A stretch of 44,245 nt of DNA from a virus (Duplodnaviria > Caudoviricetes): positions 1 to 44,245 of IMG/VR virus record IMGVR_UViG_3300032103_000107. One strand, given 5' to 3'. Under the pieces are notes generated by a model that was given only the letters and a program-made list of their open reading frames with translations, ran no database searches and was not told the origin of the DNA. Of this stretch, positions 1 through 10,310 are shown piece after piece. Position numbers and translations under genes: made by a program. The first letter of the stretch is position 1. The number at the start of each line of letters is the position of its first letter.

Positions 1-19
1 ATAAAAAATTGAACATAAA

Positions 20-2113
20 ATGCCAATTGATACAAAACCAAACCTTAATTTTGAGAAATTTGAACAGTTTACTGGTGATACATTAAATTTATCGGGTACT
101 ACTAGAGTATTTGGTAACATTGAATATGCTGGTTCTGCTCCATTAAATTTAAATAATAGATCGTTAGTTGATAGAGGATTTATTATTTCAGGAACCTCAA
201 CACCATTTAATCTTGATACTGATGCAACTATTCCCAATACTTTTGCATATAAATCAAATAATACATTTAAAGGGCCGGGTAGAGTTATATTAACAAATGG
301 TTCTTCGTTAGTGTCAGGCGTATCTACAAATTTTTTAAATGATACTAATCCAACTGGATTGTCTTTTTGGTTTACTTTTTGGGTTAAAGATACAGCTAAT
401 AACTGGTATCGAGTTGATTTAGGTACAATAACTAATAATACAAGTGCAACAATATTTAGAGTACATAGTAGATCATTAATTAGACAGGGTAGTTTAGCAA
501 CACGACAAGCAAATGCTTCAGTACCAAATATGCCAACAGTGCCAAGTGTTTTTACTGGTATAACAGGTACATATGATTATTTTATTGGTTTTAAAAATTG
601 GAGTGATGGTAATTTTTCAATAGTATTAGGTAATTCATCGTATGCTGATAACTATTCATGTGCTTTTGGTGGTTCTTCTGCGGCTGCTGGTTTTGCATCA
701 AATGTAATTGGTTTTGCATCTTTTGCTAGTGGTCAATATTCATATGCTTTTGGTGATACAGCAAGAGCAACAAATAGTTGGTCATATGCAATCGGAAGAA
801 GAGTACAATCTAGTGGTCAACATAGTTTAGCTATGGGCGTTTCAACACAAGCAACTAATGATACATCAGTATCTATAGGTAGAGGTCATGATGTTAGTGG
901 AACTGGTAGTGATAGATATTTGTTATCTTCTGGTATTGCAGCATTTAATTTATCTGAAAATACTGCAACTCAAACATCTGGACATGGTGCAAGAGCAAGA
1001 GCAAGTGGTATATTTGCAGGTCAAAATGCTGATGTACCTGCAAACTCAGATAGATCAGTAGTTATTGGAGGATTAAATATTAAAGCAACATCAGCAACAA
1101 CAGATACTGTTTTTATGCCAAGAGTTAGAATTGGTTTAGGTACTGGTGGTTCTTTAACAACTGACAATGCGAATAATAATATATTGGTAAGAAATGCAAC
1201 TACTGGTGAATTGCAGATAAGAACTGCTGCGTCATTAACTGGTGCATCTGTAATAACAGCAAGTAATGGTATCAGAAGAGTTGGAAATGATATTAGATTA
1301 GGTGGTAACATAACTGGTGCAACAACGATTGGTTTAGGCAATGTTAATTTAACAATAACAGCAACAACAGGAACGTTAAGATACGGTAGTAATTATTCGG
1401 CAAATTATGACGCAAGATCAATACCTGATGTGGGCTATGTGACTGGATTAACTTCACAAAGATTATTGATTTCTTCTTTTAATAGTTATTCAGCTTCAAC
1501 TCTAACAAATATTAATTCTCGTTTATTAAGAACGACTTTTAATTCATATACTGCAAGTACAATAAATATAACGTCAGGTAGTAATGGTTTAACAAAAGTT
1601 GGTAATGATATTAGATTAGGTGGTAACATAACTGGTGTAACAACAATTGGTTTAGGAGCAAATAATTTAACATTCAGTGCAACAACTGGAACGTTAAGAT
1701 ATAGTGGTGATTATTCGGCAAATTATGATGCAAGATCAATACCTGATGTTGATTTTGTAACTGGATTAACGAAAAACTACTTAACAATGGGAGTAAGTTC
1801 TAACGCAACAATAAACACTGGTCAAAAGGGAACATATACTATATCTTATGATGGTATTTTAACAGGATGGAGATTAGTTGCAGATACTTTAACTGACTTA
1901 ACATTAGATGTTTGGAGAGCAAATAATTCAATACCAACTAATTCAAACAGCATATTTTCTGGTAATAATCCAACATTAATAAATCAAATATTGAATAGTG
2001 CATCTGATTTAAACATTACAGTTTCAAATGGAGATGTATTTATATTAGAAGTTGAAGATAATACAGCATCTAAATATATAAGAATAGAATTTGAAATAAC
2101 ACCAACAATATAA
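20..2113 (+). CDS. Putative tail fibre/virion structural protein with adhesin-like repeats (697 aa)
   Basis: T/S/G/N-rich. Has YadA-head-like repeats (ASGQYSYAFG, SSGQHSLAMG) and two copies of the module NG(I/L)xxVGNDIRLGGNITGxTTI...YSANYDARSIPDV, also found in the genes at 5097 and 11161. Confidence 0.65.
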   Translation: MPIDTKPNLNFEKFEQFTGDTLNLSGTTRVFGNIEYAGSAPLNLNNRSLVDRGFIISGTSTPFNLDTDATIPNTFAYKSNNTFKGPGRVILTNGSSLVSGVSTNFLNDTNPTGLSFWFTFWVKDTANNWYRVDLGTITNNTSATIFRVHSRSLIRQGSLATRQANASVPNMPTVPSVFTGITGTYDYFIGFKNWSDGNFSIVLGNSSYADNYSCAFGGSSAAAGFASNVIGFASFASGQYSYAFGDTARATNSWSYAIGRRVQSSGQHSLAMGVSTQATNDTSVSIGRGHDVSGTGSDRYLLSSGIAAFNLSENTATQTSGHGARARASGIFAGQNADVPANSDRSVVIGGLNIKATSATTDTVFMPRVRIGLGTGGSLTTDNANNNILVRNATTGELQIRTAASLTGASVITASNGIRRVGNDIRLGGNITGATTIGLGNVNLTITATTGTLRYGSNYSANYDARSIPDVGYVTGLTSQRLLISSFNSYSASTLTNINSRLLRTTFNSYTASTINITSGSNGLTKVGNDIRLGGNITGVTTIGLGANNLTFSATTGTLRYSGDYSANYDARSIPDVDFVTGLTKNYLTMGVSSNATINTGQKGTYTISYDGILTGWRLVADTLTDLTLDVWRANNSIPTNSNSIFSGNNPTLINQILNSASDLNITVSNGDVFILEVEDNTASKYIRIEFEITPTI

Positions 2114-2130
2114 TATAAATCGTAAAATTT

Positions 2131-4251
2131 ATGTCAAAAAAAGCAGTAGAACATATATTTGTAGGGAATACTAGCCCGATAACTAGTTATAATCAAAATA
2201 ATACTAATTTAGGTGAATTAATTAAGCAATATACAGGATTAACTTCATTAGATAGATATGTTGGCCCATCACGAATAGGTATTGCAAGACCGATGGAAGC
2301 ATCTACTGCAATAGTATCTTTTTTTCCTCACGTAATCGACATATCTTCATCAATATCATGGGTTTTTTTAGCAGATAATACAGCAGCAGCACCAACAAGA
2401 AGAATTGTTTTATATGAATATGATAAAAATACGTCCAATTTTACATGGAGAGGATTTATAACATTAACATATCCAACAGCTACTGTCCATACTATTCGTG
2501 GCATGAGAATGTTAAGAGAATTATATACTACTGGAACTGTTGGTGTTACTGGTACAACAGTAACTGGTGCTGGAACTTTATTTACTGATTCAAGATTATG
2601 TGTTGGCTCAAGAATTGGTTTTGGTTCTACAAACCCAAATAATATAACTACATGGTATCAAATTTCTGCAATTGGAAGTAACACATCAATAACATTAACT
2701 ACTTCTGCACCGACATTAACTAGTGGTACTCCATATGTAATTGAGGATTTAAGATGTATTACAACAACAACAAATGCGACTGCTACTAATGGTGGTTTAT
2801 TTTTAACAAAAGGATTAAGAATTGAAGATTTTACTATTAGTGGTACTGTAATACCAGCAGCAACAACTGTAGACAATATAAAAGCAGTTTATTGGTTAGC
2901 TGATGCAGGTACAGTCTTAAATACAGCAGCTTGTGGTTCTGCTATTGGTAATTTAACATCTTTTACTGATCAAAGAGTTTATGTTTTAGATGTGAATACT
3001 GTTAGAGTATATGTTTATAATATTCGTGCAGCATTAGCTGGCCTAACTGCTGGTAGATCAACATCGGCATTTGTTTTTAGAACTGGTAACCAAGCAGTTG
3101 TTGGTACAATATCACTAAATAATAATGGTATAATTGCAACTGCATCACATGGCCCCGGAAGTGGAGTTGAATCATTATATTTTGTAACGAATAATCGGAT
3201 ATATCGATCTGCAATTAGTTCAATTACTGATGGATCAACAACATGGCAATCAGATTTAATGCTTGAAGTACCACCGGGTAGTACAACAACTATTATTGCA
3301 AGTGGTGGTTTGTCAATAATTAATTATGAATCATCTTTTGATAGATTTATTTTAATAACATCTGGTGTTGGTGGTAGTAGAAGTTATGTCACTAGATATA
3401 ATACTATTTCTGATCCAATGGACAATGTTTTCTTAATTGAATCAAAAGTATTAAATCAATCAATATCTGATATTGGTGCTTCAATACATCCATCAATTCA
3501 TACATTAGCATTTTCAATTTGTTCGGAAGGTGGTATTTTATATTTAATAAGAAATTCTGCCTTTTCATCCGGTAATCAATTATATTCTTTACCATTAGCA
3601 GCACATTTAAATTATGGAGAAACAACAAATAATGTGTTGATAAGTCCAAGAATTTTAACACCAAACGCTAATAGATATTATAGAATATATGTAAATAATG
3701 TTAGACAAATAGGTAGTGATACGTTAGGTACGCCTCCAGAATCTTTTAAAGTATACTATAGAACATCAGGTATTTCTGATAATAGTGGATCATGGACATT
3801 ATTGGGTGATGATGGTGATTTAACATCAGTTTCACCATCAACAGCAATACAATTTAGATTTTTATTTAATGTTATTGGTTCATATTGTATACCATCAAGA
3901 TTATTGGGATTTACTGTTGTATTTGAGGATGACTCAGGTGATTCACACTATGAACCATCAAGAGATTTTTCAGATATATCAACAAATAGATTTGCGTATC
4001 GACAAGCAACATTATGGGGTGGTAACATACCAAATCTTAGAATTAGATTGTATAATGTATCAACAAATACATTAGTTTTAGATGATAATGTTATTTCATC
4101 ATCACTTGGAACTTTCGAATATTCAAATAATAATGGAAGTACTTGGAATGCATGGAGTAACACACAAGATGTTGTCGGTAATTATATTAGATACACCGCA
4201 ACAACATTACCCGCCGGAATAAGAGTGAGAGTATCATTAACACAAGCATAA
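2131..4251 (+). CDS. Putative virion structural protein (706 aa), beta-rich
   Basis: Long T/S/G-rich ORF. YTTGTVGVTGTTVTGAGTLF resembles tail-fibre segments, and it lies between fibre-like genes. Confidence 0.55.
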   Translation: MSKKAVEHIFVGNTSPITSYNQNNTNLGELIKQYTGLTSLDRYVGPSRIGIARPMEASTAIVSFFPHVIDISSSISWVFLADNTAAAPTRRIVLYEYDKNTSNFTWRGFITLTYPTATVHTIRGMRMLRELYTTGTVGVTGTTVTGAGTLFTDSRLCVGSRIGFGSTNPNNITTWYQISAIGSNTSITLTTSAPTLTSGTPYVIEDLRCITTTTNATATNGGLFLTKGLRIEDFTISGTVIPAATTVDNIKAVYWLADAGTVLNTAACGSAIGNLTSFTDQRVYVLDVNTVRVYVYNIRAALAGLTAGRSTSAFVFRTGNQAVVGTISLNNNGIIATASHGPGSGVESLYFVTNNRIYRSAISSITDGSTTWQSDLMLEVPPGSTTTIIASGGLSIINYESSFDRFILITSGVGGSRSYVTRYNTISDPMDNVFLIESKVLNQSISDIGASIHPSIHTLAFSICSEGGILYLIRNSAFSSGNQLYSLPLAAHLNYGETTNNVLISPRILTPNANRYYRIYVNNVRQIGSDTLGTPPESFKVYYRTSGISDNSGSWTLLGDDGDLTSVSPSTAIQFRFLFNVIGSYCIPSRLLGFTVVFEDDSGDSHYEPSRDFSDISTNRFAYRQATLWGGNIPNLRIRLYNVSTNTLVLDDNVISSSLGTFEYSNNNGSTWNAWSNTQDVVGNYIRYTATTLPAGIRVRVSLTQA

Positions 4252-4253
4252 AT

Positions 4254-4439
4254 ATGATACATTTATACAAACATTTTCCTTTATTAACAAACGATAAACT
4301 ATTAGTTTTTAAAGAAGGAGATTATAATGAAACTGATTTAGTATTAGTTTGTAGTGTTGATGATGTTGATAATCCACATTGTTCATATCAAGCATATTTT
4401 ATAAAGTATGGTACTACATATGAAAATCTAAACGAGTAA
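4254..4439 (+). CDS. Hypothetical protein (61 aa)
   Basis: ATG lies 2 nt after the upstream stop, consistent with operon packing. Confidence 0.6.
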   Translation: MIHLYKHFPLLTNDKLLVFKEGDYNETDLVLVCSVDDVDNPHCSYQAYFIKYGTTYENLNE

Positions 4440-4444
4440 TTTTT

Positions 4445-4576
4445 ATGATATTAGATATACTTTTTCAGTCTGAAAGTTTTATTGTTGACATACCTCAAGT
4501 TGTTGGTGGTGTTATATCATCATATAGTTTAGATGGTAGTGGTGTTTATGATTATAATGTTGAAATTTTTATATAA
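4445..4576 (+). CDS. Small hypothetical protein (43 aa, MILDILFQSESFIVDIPQVVGG...), not in the ORF track
   Basis: ATG at 4445 lies 5 nt after the previous stop, and the frame is open to TAA at 4574-4576. Confidence 0.45.
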   Translation: MILDILFQSESFIVDIPQVVGGVISSYSLDGSGVYDYNVEIFI

Positions 4577-4731
4577 TGTAATGGTATTTTGTAAAAAACA
4601 TTAAAATAGAAAACATTTAATACATAATCTAAAATGTGGTTTTTTAAAAGGAATTCAAAACAATTCCTTTTTTCATTTTTATTAAAACCTATAAATAAGG
4701 TTATATAAATGGTATTCTTATTAAGTAAAAA

Positions 4732-4740
4732 GTATTTATA
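4732..4740 (+). promoter_or_regulatory. GTATTTATA putative phage (late) promoter
   Basis: Recurrent intergenic motif, 16 nt upstream of ATG 4757. Confidence 0.6.
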
Positions 4741-4756
4741 AAAAAACTCAAATTTT

Positions 4757-5086
4757 ATGGCAAAAAAAGCTGATGGTAGAAATAGTGGAACTAAGTACAG
4801 ACCTATAGGTACCAATACTAATCCCATTAAATTTGATACTGAGGGTACTGATGCTCATGGTCGTGAAATTAATCTTGTTAGAGATGAATCACCTACTAGA
4901 ATAGATGAAGTAAGTGATACGTTATATTATTTAGGATGGGCAGAATATGGTTCAGACGAAAGTGATCCTATATGGAAAATTAAAAGAATTGAACAAGTTG
5001 GTACAGTATGGGAGCAAAAATTTGCTGGTGGAGAACAATTCTACAGATATAGATGGATTGATAGAGATATTTTAACATATTTATAA
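4757..5086 (+). CDS. Small protein, probably virion/fibre-associated (109 aa)
   Basis: W/Y-rich C-terminal domain (YLGWAEYG...PIWKIKRI...YRWIDR). Follows a GTATTTATA motif and precedes a fibre gene. Confidence 0.65.
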   Translation: MAKKADGRNSGTKYRPIGTNTNPIKFDTEGTDAHGREINLVRDESPTRIDEVSDTLYYLGWAEYGSDESDPIWKIKRIEQVGTVWEQKFAGGEQFYRYRWIDRDILTYL

Positions 5087-5096
5087 ATTTTTTAGT

Positions 5097-8000
5097 ATGA
5101 GCAGATCAACAATAGACATTAGTTATATTCAAGTTAGTGGTACTAATTTAGGTGGTGGCACACAAATATTTAAAGTAATTGACAATAATACACTTAAATT
5201 TAAAACATTAGTTGCTGGTTCTGGTATAGGGTTTTCAGCAACAACAGATACTGTTATTATTACAGGTTCATCTTCTGGCGATTTTGTAACAAATACAAAA
5301 TTTAATGGATATACTGGTACTACTGCACCAGCTACATATCAGAGTAGAACTAGTATTAATACATTAACAGGTACAACACTACCAGCTACATATCAGAGTA
5401 GAACTAGTATTAATACATTAACAGGTACAACACTACCAGCTACATATCAGAGTAGAACTAGTATTAATGTTTATACTGGTACAACAGCACCAAATCAATT
5501 CGCTTCTAAATCTGCTTTTTTAATTTATACTGGTACAACAGCACCATTTATTTATTTAAATAAATCAAATTTTAATAGTTATACTGGTACAACACAACCT
5601 ATTATAGATAGTGCAGTTACTGGTGGTACTTCATTAGGTTCTGGAGAGCAAATTTTTTTAAATAAAACAGGTAGAAACTTAAGATTTAAGTCTTTAGTTG
5701 CTGGTGCAGGTATTAGTTTATCAGCAACAACAAATACAATAACGATTAGATCGTTTAGTACTGGTAGTACTGCAGCAGCAGGTTTAAATAGACAAGTACA
5801 GTATAATACTGGTGGTGTTTTAAATGCTAATTCAAACTTAATTTTTGATCCATCTACAGGGTTAACTACTAATATATTAAGAATATTATCTACACCAACT
5901 TTAGGAACATTAAATGATAATATTTTATCAAGAAATATTTCAACTGGTGTTGTTGAAAGAATTACAACATCATCCATTATCAATTTATTAACATCGAATA
6001 ATGGTATAACTAGATCAGGAAATAACTTTAGATTAGGTGGAACTCTTACTGGCACAACAACAATAACCTCTCCTGCTACTGGTAGTAGATTAACATTTGC
6101 AGCATTTCCTGTTCAATATTTAACGGATGTGTCTGCTAACTATAATAATAGATCATTAGTTGATAGAGGTTTTGTTACTGGATTAACAGTATCAACAGCA
6201 AATAACGGTTTAACCAGAACAGGAAGTAATGTTAGATTAGGTGGAGCATTAACTGGTAATACGACAATTAGTGGCGTAGGATTTAATTTAACATTTAGTA
6301 ATAACGCATGGACATTTGGTGGTAGAGGTGTTGGTACTGTTGGTAATCAATCTATAACTTCAGGTAATTTAAATATTGCATCTGGTGATACAACATCCTC
6401 AATTGGTGGTGTTGGCAATCATGCAGGTGGACAATACGCATCAACATTAGGTGGTAGCTCAAATAAAGCATTAGGAACATTTTCGACAGTAATCGGTGGT
6501 AGCAGTAATAGAGCAATAGCAAATGGTGCAACAGCAATTGGTGGGTTATTTAATAGAGCTAATGGGTTTTATTCATTTGCTACTGGAACATATGCTACCT
6601 CAAGTGGGGATAATAGTTTTGTTGCTGGTCAAGGAGATTCAATATTTAATTTATTAGCATCAGGTAATGTATCATTTAATTTTTCACAAAATACTGGTAC
6701 ACAAACATTTGGTCATGGTGCATTAGCATCAAACTCAGTAATTCTTGGTGGACAAAATCATAATATTGAAGTTGGTAATACTGGTGCAGTAATTGTCGGT
6801 AGAAATGGCACTACAGGTATAAAATTAACTGGTAGCACATATATTGATAATACAGTAGTCAATAATTTAGCAATATGGAATACGCCTACAGTAGATAATA
6901 TAAATGATTTATTAGTATGGAATCCATCGACAAGAAAAATTGGTAGAACAACAAGAGCAAGTTTAGTTGGCGGTAGTACCCCACCTGCTGGTTCAAATAC
7001 TCAAATACAATTTAATAATACTGGTTCATTTGGTGCATCATCAAATTTTACATTTAATAGTGGTACTGGAGTATTAACAACACCATCATTAACATTATCT
7101 TCAGCACCATCACTTGGTTCGTTATCAGATAGTGTATTAATTAGAAATACTAGTTCTGGTGTAATACAAGCAATACCAACGTTAAGTATTGGTACTGCTA
7201 ACAACGGTATAAGTAAAGTTGGAAATAATTATAGATTAGGTGGAGCATTAACGGGTAATACAACTATTGGTGGTTTATTTAATTTGGTGTTAGATAATAA
7301 TTCATGGTCATTAGGAACTAGAATTGGAAGTGTTGGGTTAAATTCATTAGTTGTTGGAAATAATAATACTTCTAGTGGGTTTGCATCAACAGCAATTGGT
7401 GTAAATTGTATAGCAAGTAATACTGGATCAATTGCTGTTGGTAGTTCAGCAACAGCAAGTGGAGGTGTATCATCAGCTTTTGGTATTTCAATTTTATCAT
7501 CAGGTCAAGCATCATTTGCTGGTGGTGAAGGTCAATCATCAAGACCAGTTTTATCGTCAGGTGGTTGGTCATTTAATTATTCGTATAATGATGGATTACA
7601 AACAATTGGTCATGGGGCACTTGCAAATAGATCAGCAATTCTTGGTGGACAAAATCATAATATTGAAGCAGGTAATATTGGTGCTGCTATTATTGGTGGT
7701 AGTGGTATTAAATTAACAGGTAGTACGTATATTAATACGACAGCAGTACAAAGATTAGCAATTTTTGATAGTCCTGTAGTTAACAATATAAATGATTTAT
7801 TAGTATGGAATCCATCAACTAGAATAATTGAAAGAACAACAAGAGCAAGTTTAGTTGGCGGTAGTACCCCACCTGCTGGTTCAAATACTCAAATACAATT
7901 TAATAATACTGGTTCATTTGGTGCATCATCAAATTTAACTTTTAGCACTGGCACTAATACATTGTCAACATCAAATTTACTTGTTTCTAATAATTTGATA

Positions 8001-9164
8001 TTATCAACATTACCAACATTAGCAAATAGTGATCATTCAATTTTATCAAGAAATCCAACTACTGGTATAATTACACAATCCAATTTTTCATATACAAATA
8101 TAGTCTACGTTTCAAAAAATGGCGATAATACTACTGGTCAACTTAATAATCCTAGAAGACCATATTTAACAATTGACTTTGCATCTTCAATAATCGCATT
8201 ATCTTCAACACCAACAGATAGAGGATTAGTTTTTGTATTTTCAGGAACATATTTTGAACAAGTAATTATAAGAAATTATGTTGATATTCAATTAAATAAT
8301 GCAATTATACGTAATAGTTCTCCTTCTGGTGTTGGTGCATATGCTCTTAGATTAACAACAGGTATAAATGAAGCTAAAATATTTGGATGTGGTGAAATAA
8401 TTAGTAATAATGATTCAGCAATCGGTATTTTTGCAAATGGTACGGTAACCATTAATGTCGATAAAATTTTAGGAAGAGGAAGTGGTTTTGGTGGTGGAGT
8501 TATTTCTGTTAACACAATTTTACCAAATTTACATATTAATACTAATGAAATAAATGTAATTGGAGGAAATATAAATGAAATTGCAGTTTCTACACTAACA
8601 AATGGTAAAGTAATAATTAATTCAAATAGAATATTAGGTAGTGTTTTAATAGCGAATTCGACATCATCTGGTTCAGACACACATATTGATTCCAAAATTA
8701 TTGAAGGATCATTAATATTAGGTGTTGGTGGTGGTAATTTATATTTTAAAACAAATCATTTAAAATCTATTATATCACCCATAAGACCTGCAATTGAAGT
8801 TACACCATCTACTCTTGGTGTCTATAGATACATATTGGATATCGGATATGTTGAATCATCATTTACTGATGGTGCAATAAGAATTGTTGGTGATGCTACT
8901 TCAGCTAGCAGACTTACATTTAAAAATTTGATTGCAAGATCAACTAATTCTGCAAATTCTGTCATAACAATTCAGAGCGATATAAATATCAATTTTATTG
9001 GTGAAACTACATTAATTGGTGGGTTGAGCACTACAATAAGAGGTTTAATTTTACCAAGAACAATAAAAAGTACTGGAATTATTTATGGTCATAATCCAAA
9101 TACATTGACAACTGTACAAATTGGAAGTTATGTAAATAACGCAGATGTGTTTAATATGTTATAA
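5097..9164 (+). CDS. Large tail fibre/adhesin-like protein (1355 aa)
   Basis: Contains FNxYTGTTAP repeats, three NNG(I/L)xxxGxNxRLGGxLTGxTTI modules and YadA-head-like repeats. The C-terminal region starts with VYVSKNGDNTTG...PYLTI, typical of beta-helix domains. Confidence 0.7.
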   Translation: MSRSTIDISYIQVSGTNLGGGTQIFKVIDNNTLKFKTLVAGSGIGFSATTDTVIITGSSSGDFVTNTKFNGYTGTTAPATYQSRTSINTLTGTTLPATYQSRTSINTLTGTTLPATYQSRTSINVYTGTTAPNQFASKSAFLIYTGTTAPFIYLNKSNFNSYTGTTQPIIDSAVTGGTSLGSGEQIFLNKTGRNLRFKSLVAGAGISLSATTNTITIRSFSTGSTAAAGLNRQVQYNTGGVLNANSNLIFDPSTGLTTNILRILSTPTLGTLNDNILSRNISTGVVERITTSSIINLLTSNNGITRSGNNFRLGGTLTGTTTITSPATGSRLTFAAFPVQYLTDVSANYNNRSLVDRGFVTGLTVSTANNGLTRTGSNVRLGGALTGNTTISGVGFNLTFSNNAWTFGGRGVGTVGNQSITSGNLNIASGDTTSSIGGVGNHAGGQYASTLGGSSNKALGTFSTVIGGSSNRAIANGATAIGGLFNRANGFYSFATGTYATSSGDNSFVAGQGDSIFNLLASGNVSFNFSQNTGTQTFGHGALASNSVILGGQNHNIEVGNTGAVIVGRNGTTGIKLTGSTYIDNTVVNNLAIWNTPTVDNINDLLVWNPSTRKIGRTTRASLVGGSTPPAGSNTQIQFNNTGSFGASSNFTFNSGTGVLTTPSLTLSSAPSLGSLSDSVLIRNTSSGVIQAIPTLSIGTANNGISKVGNNYRLGGALTGNTTIGGLFNLVLDNNSWSLGTRIGSVGLNSLVVGNNNTSSGFASTAIGVNCIASNTGSIAVGSSATASGGVSSAFGISILSSGQASFAGGEGQSSRPVLSSGGWSFNYSYNDGLQTIGHGALANRSAILGGQNHNIEAGNIGAAIIGGSGIKLTGSTYINTTAVQRLAIFDSPVVNNINDLLVWNPSTRIIERTTRASLVGGSTPPAGSNTQIQFNNTGSFGASSNLTFSTGTNTLSTSNLLVSNNLILSTLPTLANSDHSILSRNPTTGIITQSNFSYTNIVYVSKNGDNTTGQLNNPRRPYLTIDFASSIIALSSTPTDRGLVFVFSGTYFEQVIIRNYVDIQLNNAIIRNSSPSGVGAYALRLTTGINEAKIFGCGEIISNNDSAIGIFANGTVTINVDKILGRGSGFGGGVISVNTILPNLHINTNEINVIGGNINEIAVSTLTNGKVIINSNRILGSVLIANSTSSGSDTHIDSKIIEGSLILGVGGGNLYFKTNHLKSIISPIRPAIEVTPSTLGVYRYILDIGYVESSFTDGAIRIVGDATSASRLTFKNLIARSTNSANSVITIQSDININFIGETTLIGGLSTTIRGLILPRTIKSTGIIYGHNPNTLTTVQIGSYVNNADVFNML
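5328..5468 (+). repeat. 54-bp perfect tandem repeat, ~2.6 copies (PATYQSRTSINTLTGTTL)
   Basis: Units start at 5328, 5382 and 5436 (partial). Confidence 0.95.
6945..7936 (+). repeat. 104-bp perfect direct repeat (6945-7048 and 7833-7936) within a larger diverged duplication
   Basis: Identical DNA encoding RTTRASLVGGSTPPAGSNTQIQFNNTGSFGASSN; offset 888 nt, in frame. Confidence 0.9.
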
Positions 9165-9166
9165 TA

Positions 9167-9174
9167 TATATTTG
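9167..9174 (+). promoter_or_regulatory. TAnnTTTG Bacteroidota-type -7 promoter element
   Basis: TATATTTG in the intergenic gap upstream of ATG 9218; no clear -33 TTTG. Confidence 0.4.
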
Positions 9175-9217
9175 TGTTTACGTAAAATTTAGAGCATTAT
9201 ATTTTAAATTAAAAAAT

Positions 9218-9508
9218 ATGAAAAAAAAGAAAAAAGAAAACAAAAGAGGTTTAATTATATCAGGTGGTGGTGCATTCGGAGCCTATGGTGTAGGCACACT
9301 TGCAGCATTTGATAAAGAATACGATATTGTAGCTGGTATATCAACTGGTGCACTCATGGGTGGTTTAGTCTCATTAAGAAAATGGGATGTACTTAAAGAA
9401 GCGTATACAAGCGTTACTAACGAATCAATATTTGATAAAAAATGGTATAGACCACATGTTTTTAATAAAAAAAGAAAGCTGCATTATATGTTGAATATGG
9501 TAAAGTAG
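9218..9508 (+). pseudogene. Patatin-like phospholipase, N-terminal fragment only
   Basis: Has the GLIISGGGAFGAY glycine loop and the GISTG nucleophile elbow. The sequence switches to an unrelated gene at ~9470, and the catalytic-Asp (DGG) region is absent. Confidence 0.8.
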
Positions 9509-10011
9509 TATCATTTTGTTGGGGAAAATTTGATTCAGATTTATCTTCAATTTTTGGTTCAATATCTGATTATGATGAAATAGATTTATTAAATCGTGTT
9601 TCTGATTTTCTTGAAAAACTTAATAAAAAATATCCTGATACTATTTTATGTGGCCATAATATAAAAGAATTTGATATACCATTTTTGATTAAGAGAATGA
9701 TTTATTACAAAATAAAAATTCCTGTAATATTAAAAAATTATTTAGCTGCAAAAGCGTGGGAACAAAAAGCTACTGATACTTTGTATGATTGGAGAATGGC
9801 TGGTAGTAGGTTTATGAGTCTCGATTCAATTGCCGAATTTTTAAAAATTGAATCATCAAAACATGGTGATGTAGACGGAAGTAATCTGAGTCAATATTAT
9901 TGGTTTGGTGAAACAGATCAAGAGAAACGTAGAACTACAATTGATACTTACTGCAAAGCAGATGTGCGTGTGGTGATGGAATTAGCTAAAAGATTTAATG
10001 ATGTCTTATAA
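9469..10011 (+). pseudogene. PolB-like 3'-5' exonuclease (DNA_pol_B_exo2-like), 5'-truncated
   Basis: Frame is open from 9469 (KAALYVEYGKVVSFCWG...LCGHNIKEFDIPFL...DVDGS...YCKADV). ExoII and ExoIII motifs are present; the start codon and ExoI DxE motif are missing. The track ORF at 9685 is only the tail. Confidence 0.75.
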
Positions 10012-10012
10012 T

Positions 10013-10040
10013 AAAAAAACCCCATTTATGGGGTTTTTTT
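10013..10040 (+). terminator. Intrinsic terminator
   Basis: AAAAAAACCCCA-TTTA-TGGGGTTTTTTT hairpin with a U-tract directly after the stop at 10011. Confidence 0.85.
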
Positions 10041-10054
10041 ATGTCTTTTTTGAG

Positions 10055-10063
10055 GTATTTATT
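10055..10063 (+). promoter_or_regulatory. GTATTTAT motif
   Basis: Lies between the terminator and ATG 10078. Confidence 0.55.
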
Positions 10064-10077
10064 TGTAAATAAAACTT

Positions 10078-10308
10078 ATGAAAAAAATACTTAACACCAT
10101 AATTGATCCCAAAAAAGGAATTGTTTTAGGATTAGTTTTTTTTGTTGTTGCTTTTATTAATTCATTAATAGTAGATGCAAGATCAATGAGTGATTTATCT
10201 TGGTGGGGTAAGATTGCAACTATTGGCATGATGATAATTTTGGGAATTATTTTTATCAGATTCTTTATTGTGCCAATTGGTTATTGGATAATAAAATTAT
10301 TTAAGTAA
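10078..10308 (+). CDS. Small membrane protein with 2 predicted TM helices (76 aa)
   Basis: Two hydrophobic stretches: GIVLGLVFFVVAFINSLIV and IATIGMMIILGIIFIRFFIVPIGYWII. Confidence 0.7.
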   Translation: MKKILNTIIDPKKGIVLGLVFFVVAFINSLIVDARSMSDLSWWGKIATIGMMIILGIIFIRFFIVPIGYWIIKLFK

Positions 10309-10310
10309 TA

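Noticed and set aside
4577-4756. Intergenic gap considered for a tRNA or ncRNA, and the minus-strand ORF 4552-4827
   Set aside because: The gap is very AT-rich with no cloverleaf or stable stem seen, and the ORF overlaps genes at both ends with no motif.
5328-5468. Tandem repeats considered as a CRISPR array
   Set aside because: The units are contiguous, in-frame coding repeats with no unique spacers, and no cas genes are present.
1280-7936. Repeat pairs considered as DGR template/variable repeats
   Set aside because: There is no reverse transcriptase in the window, both copies are internal coding sequence, and the differences are not adenine-specific.
1021-8695. Minus-strand and alternate-frame ORFs inside the fibre genes (e.g. 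1021, 2658, 5579, 7001, 7432, 8288)
   Set aside because: They are shadows of biased, repetitive codon usage and have no recognisable motifs, unlike the nested ORF at 15404.
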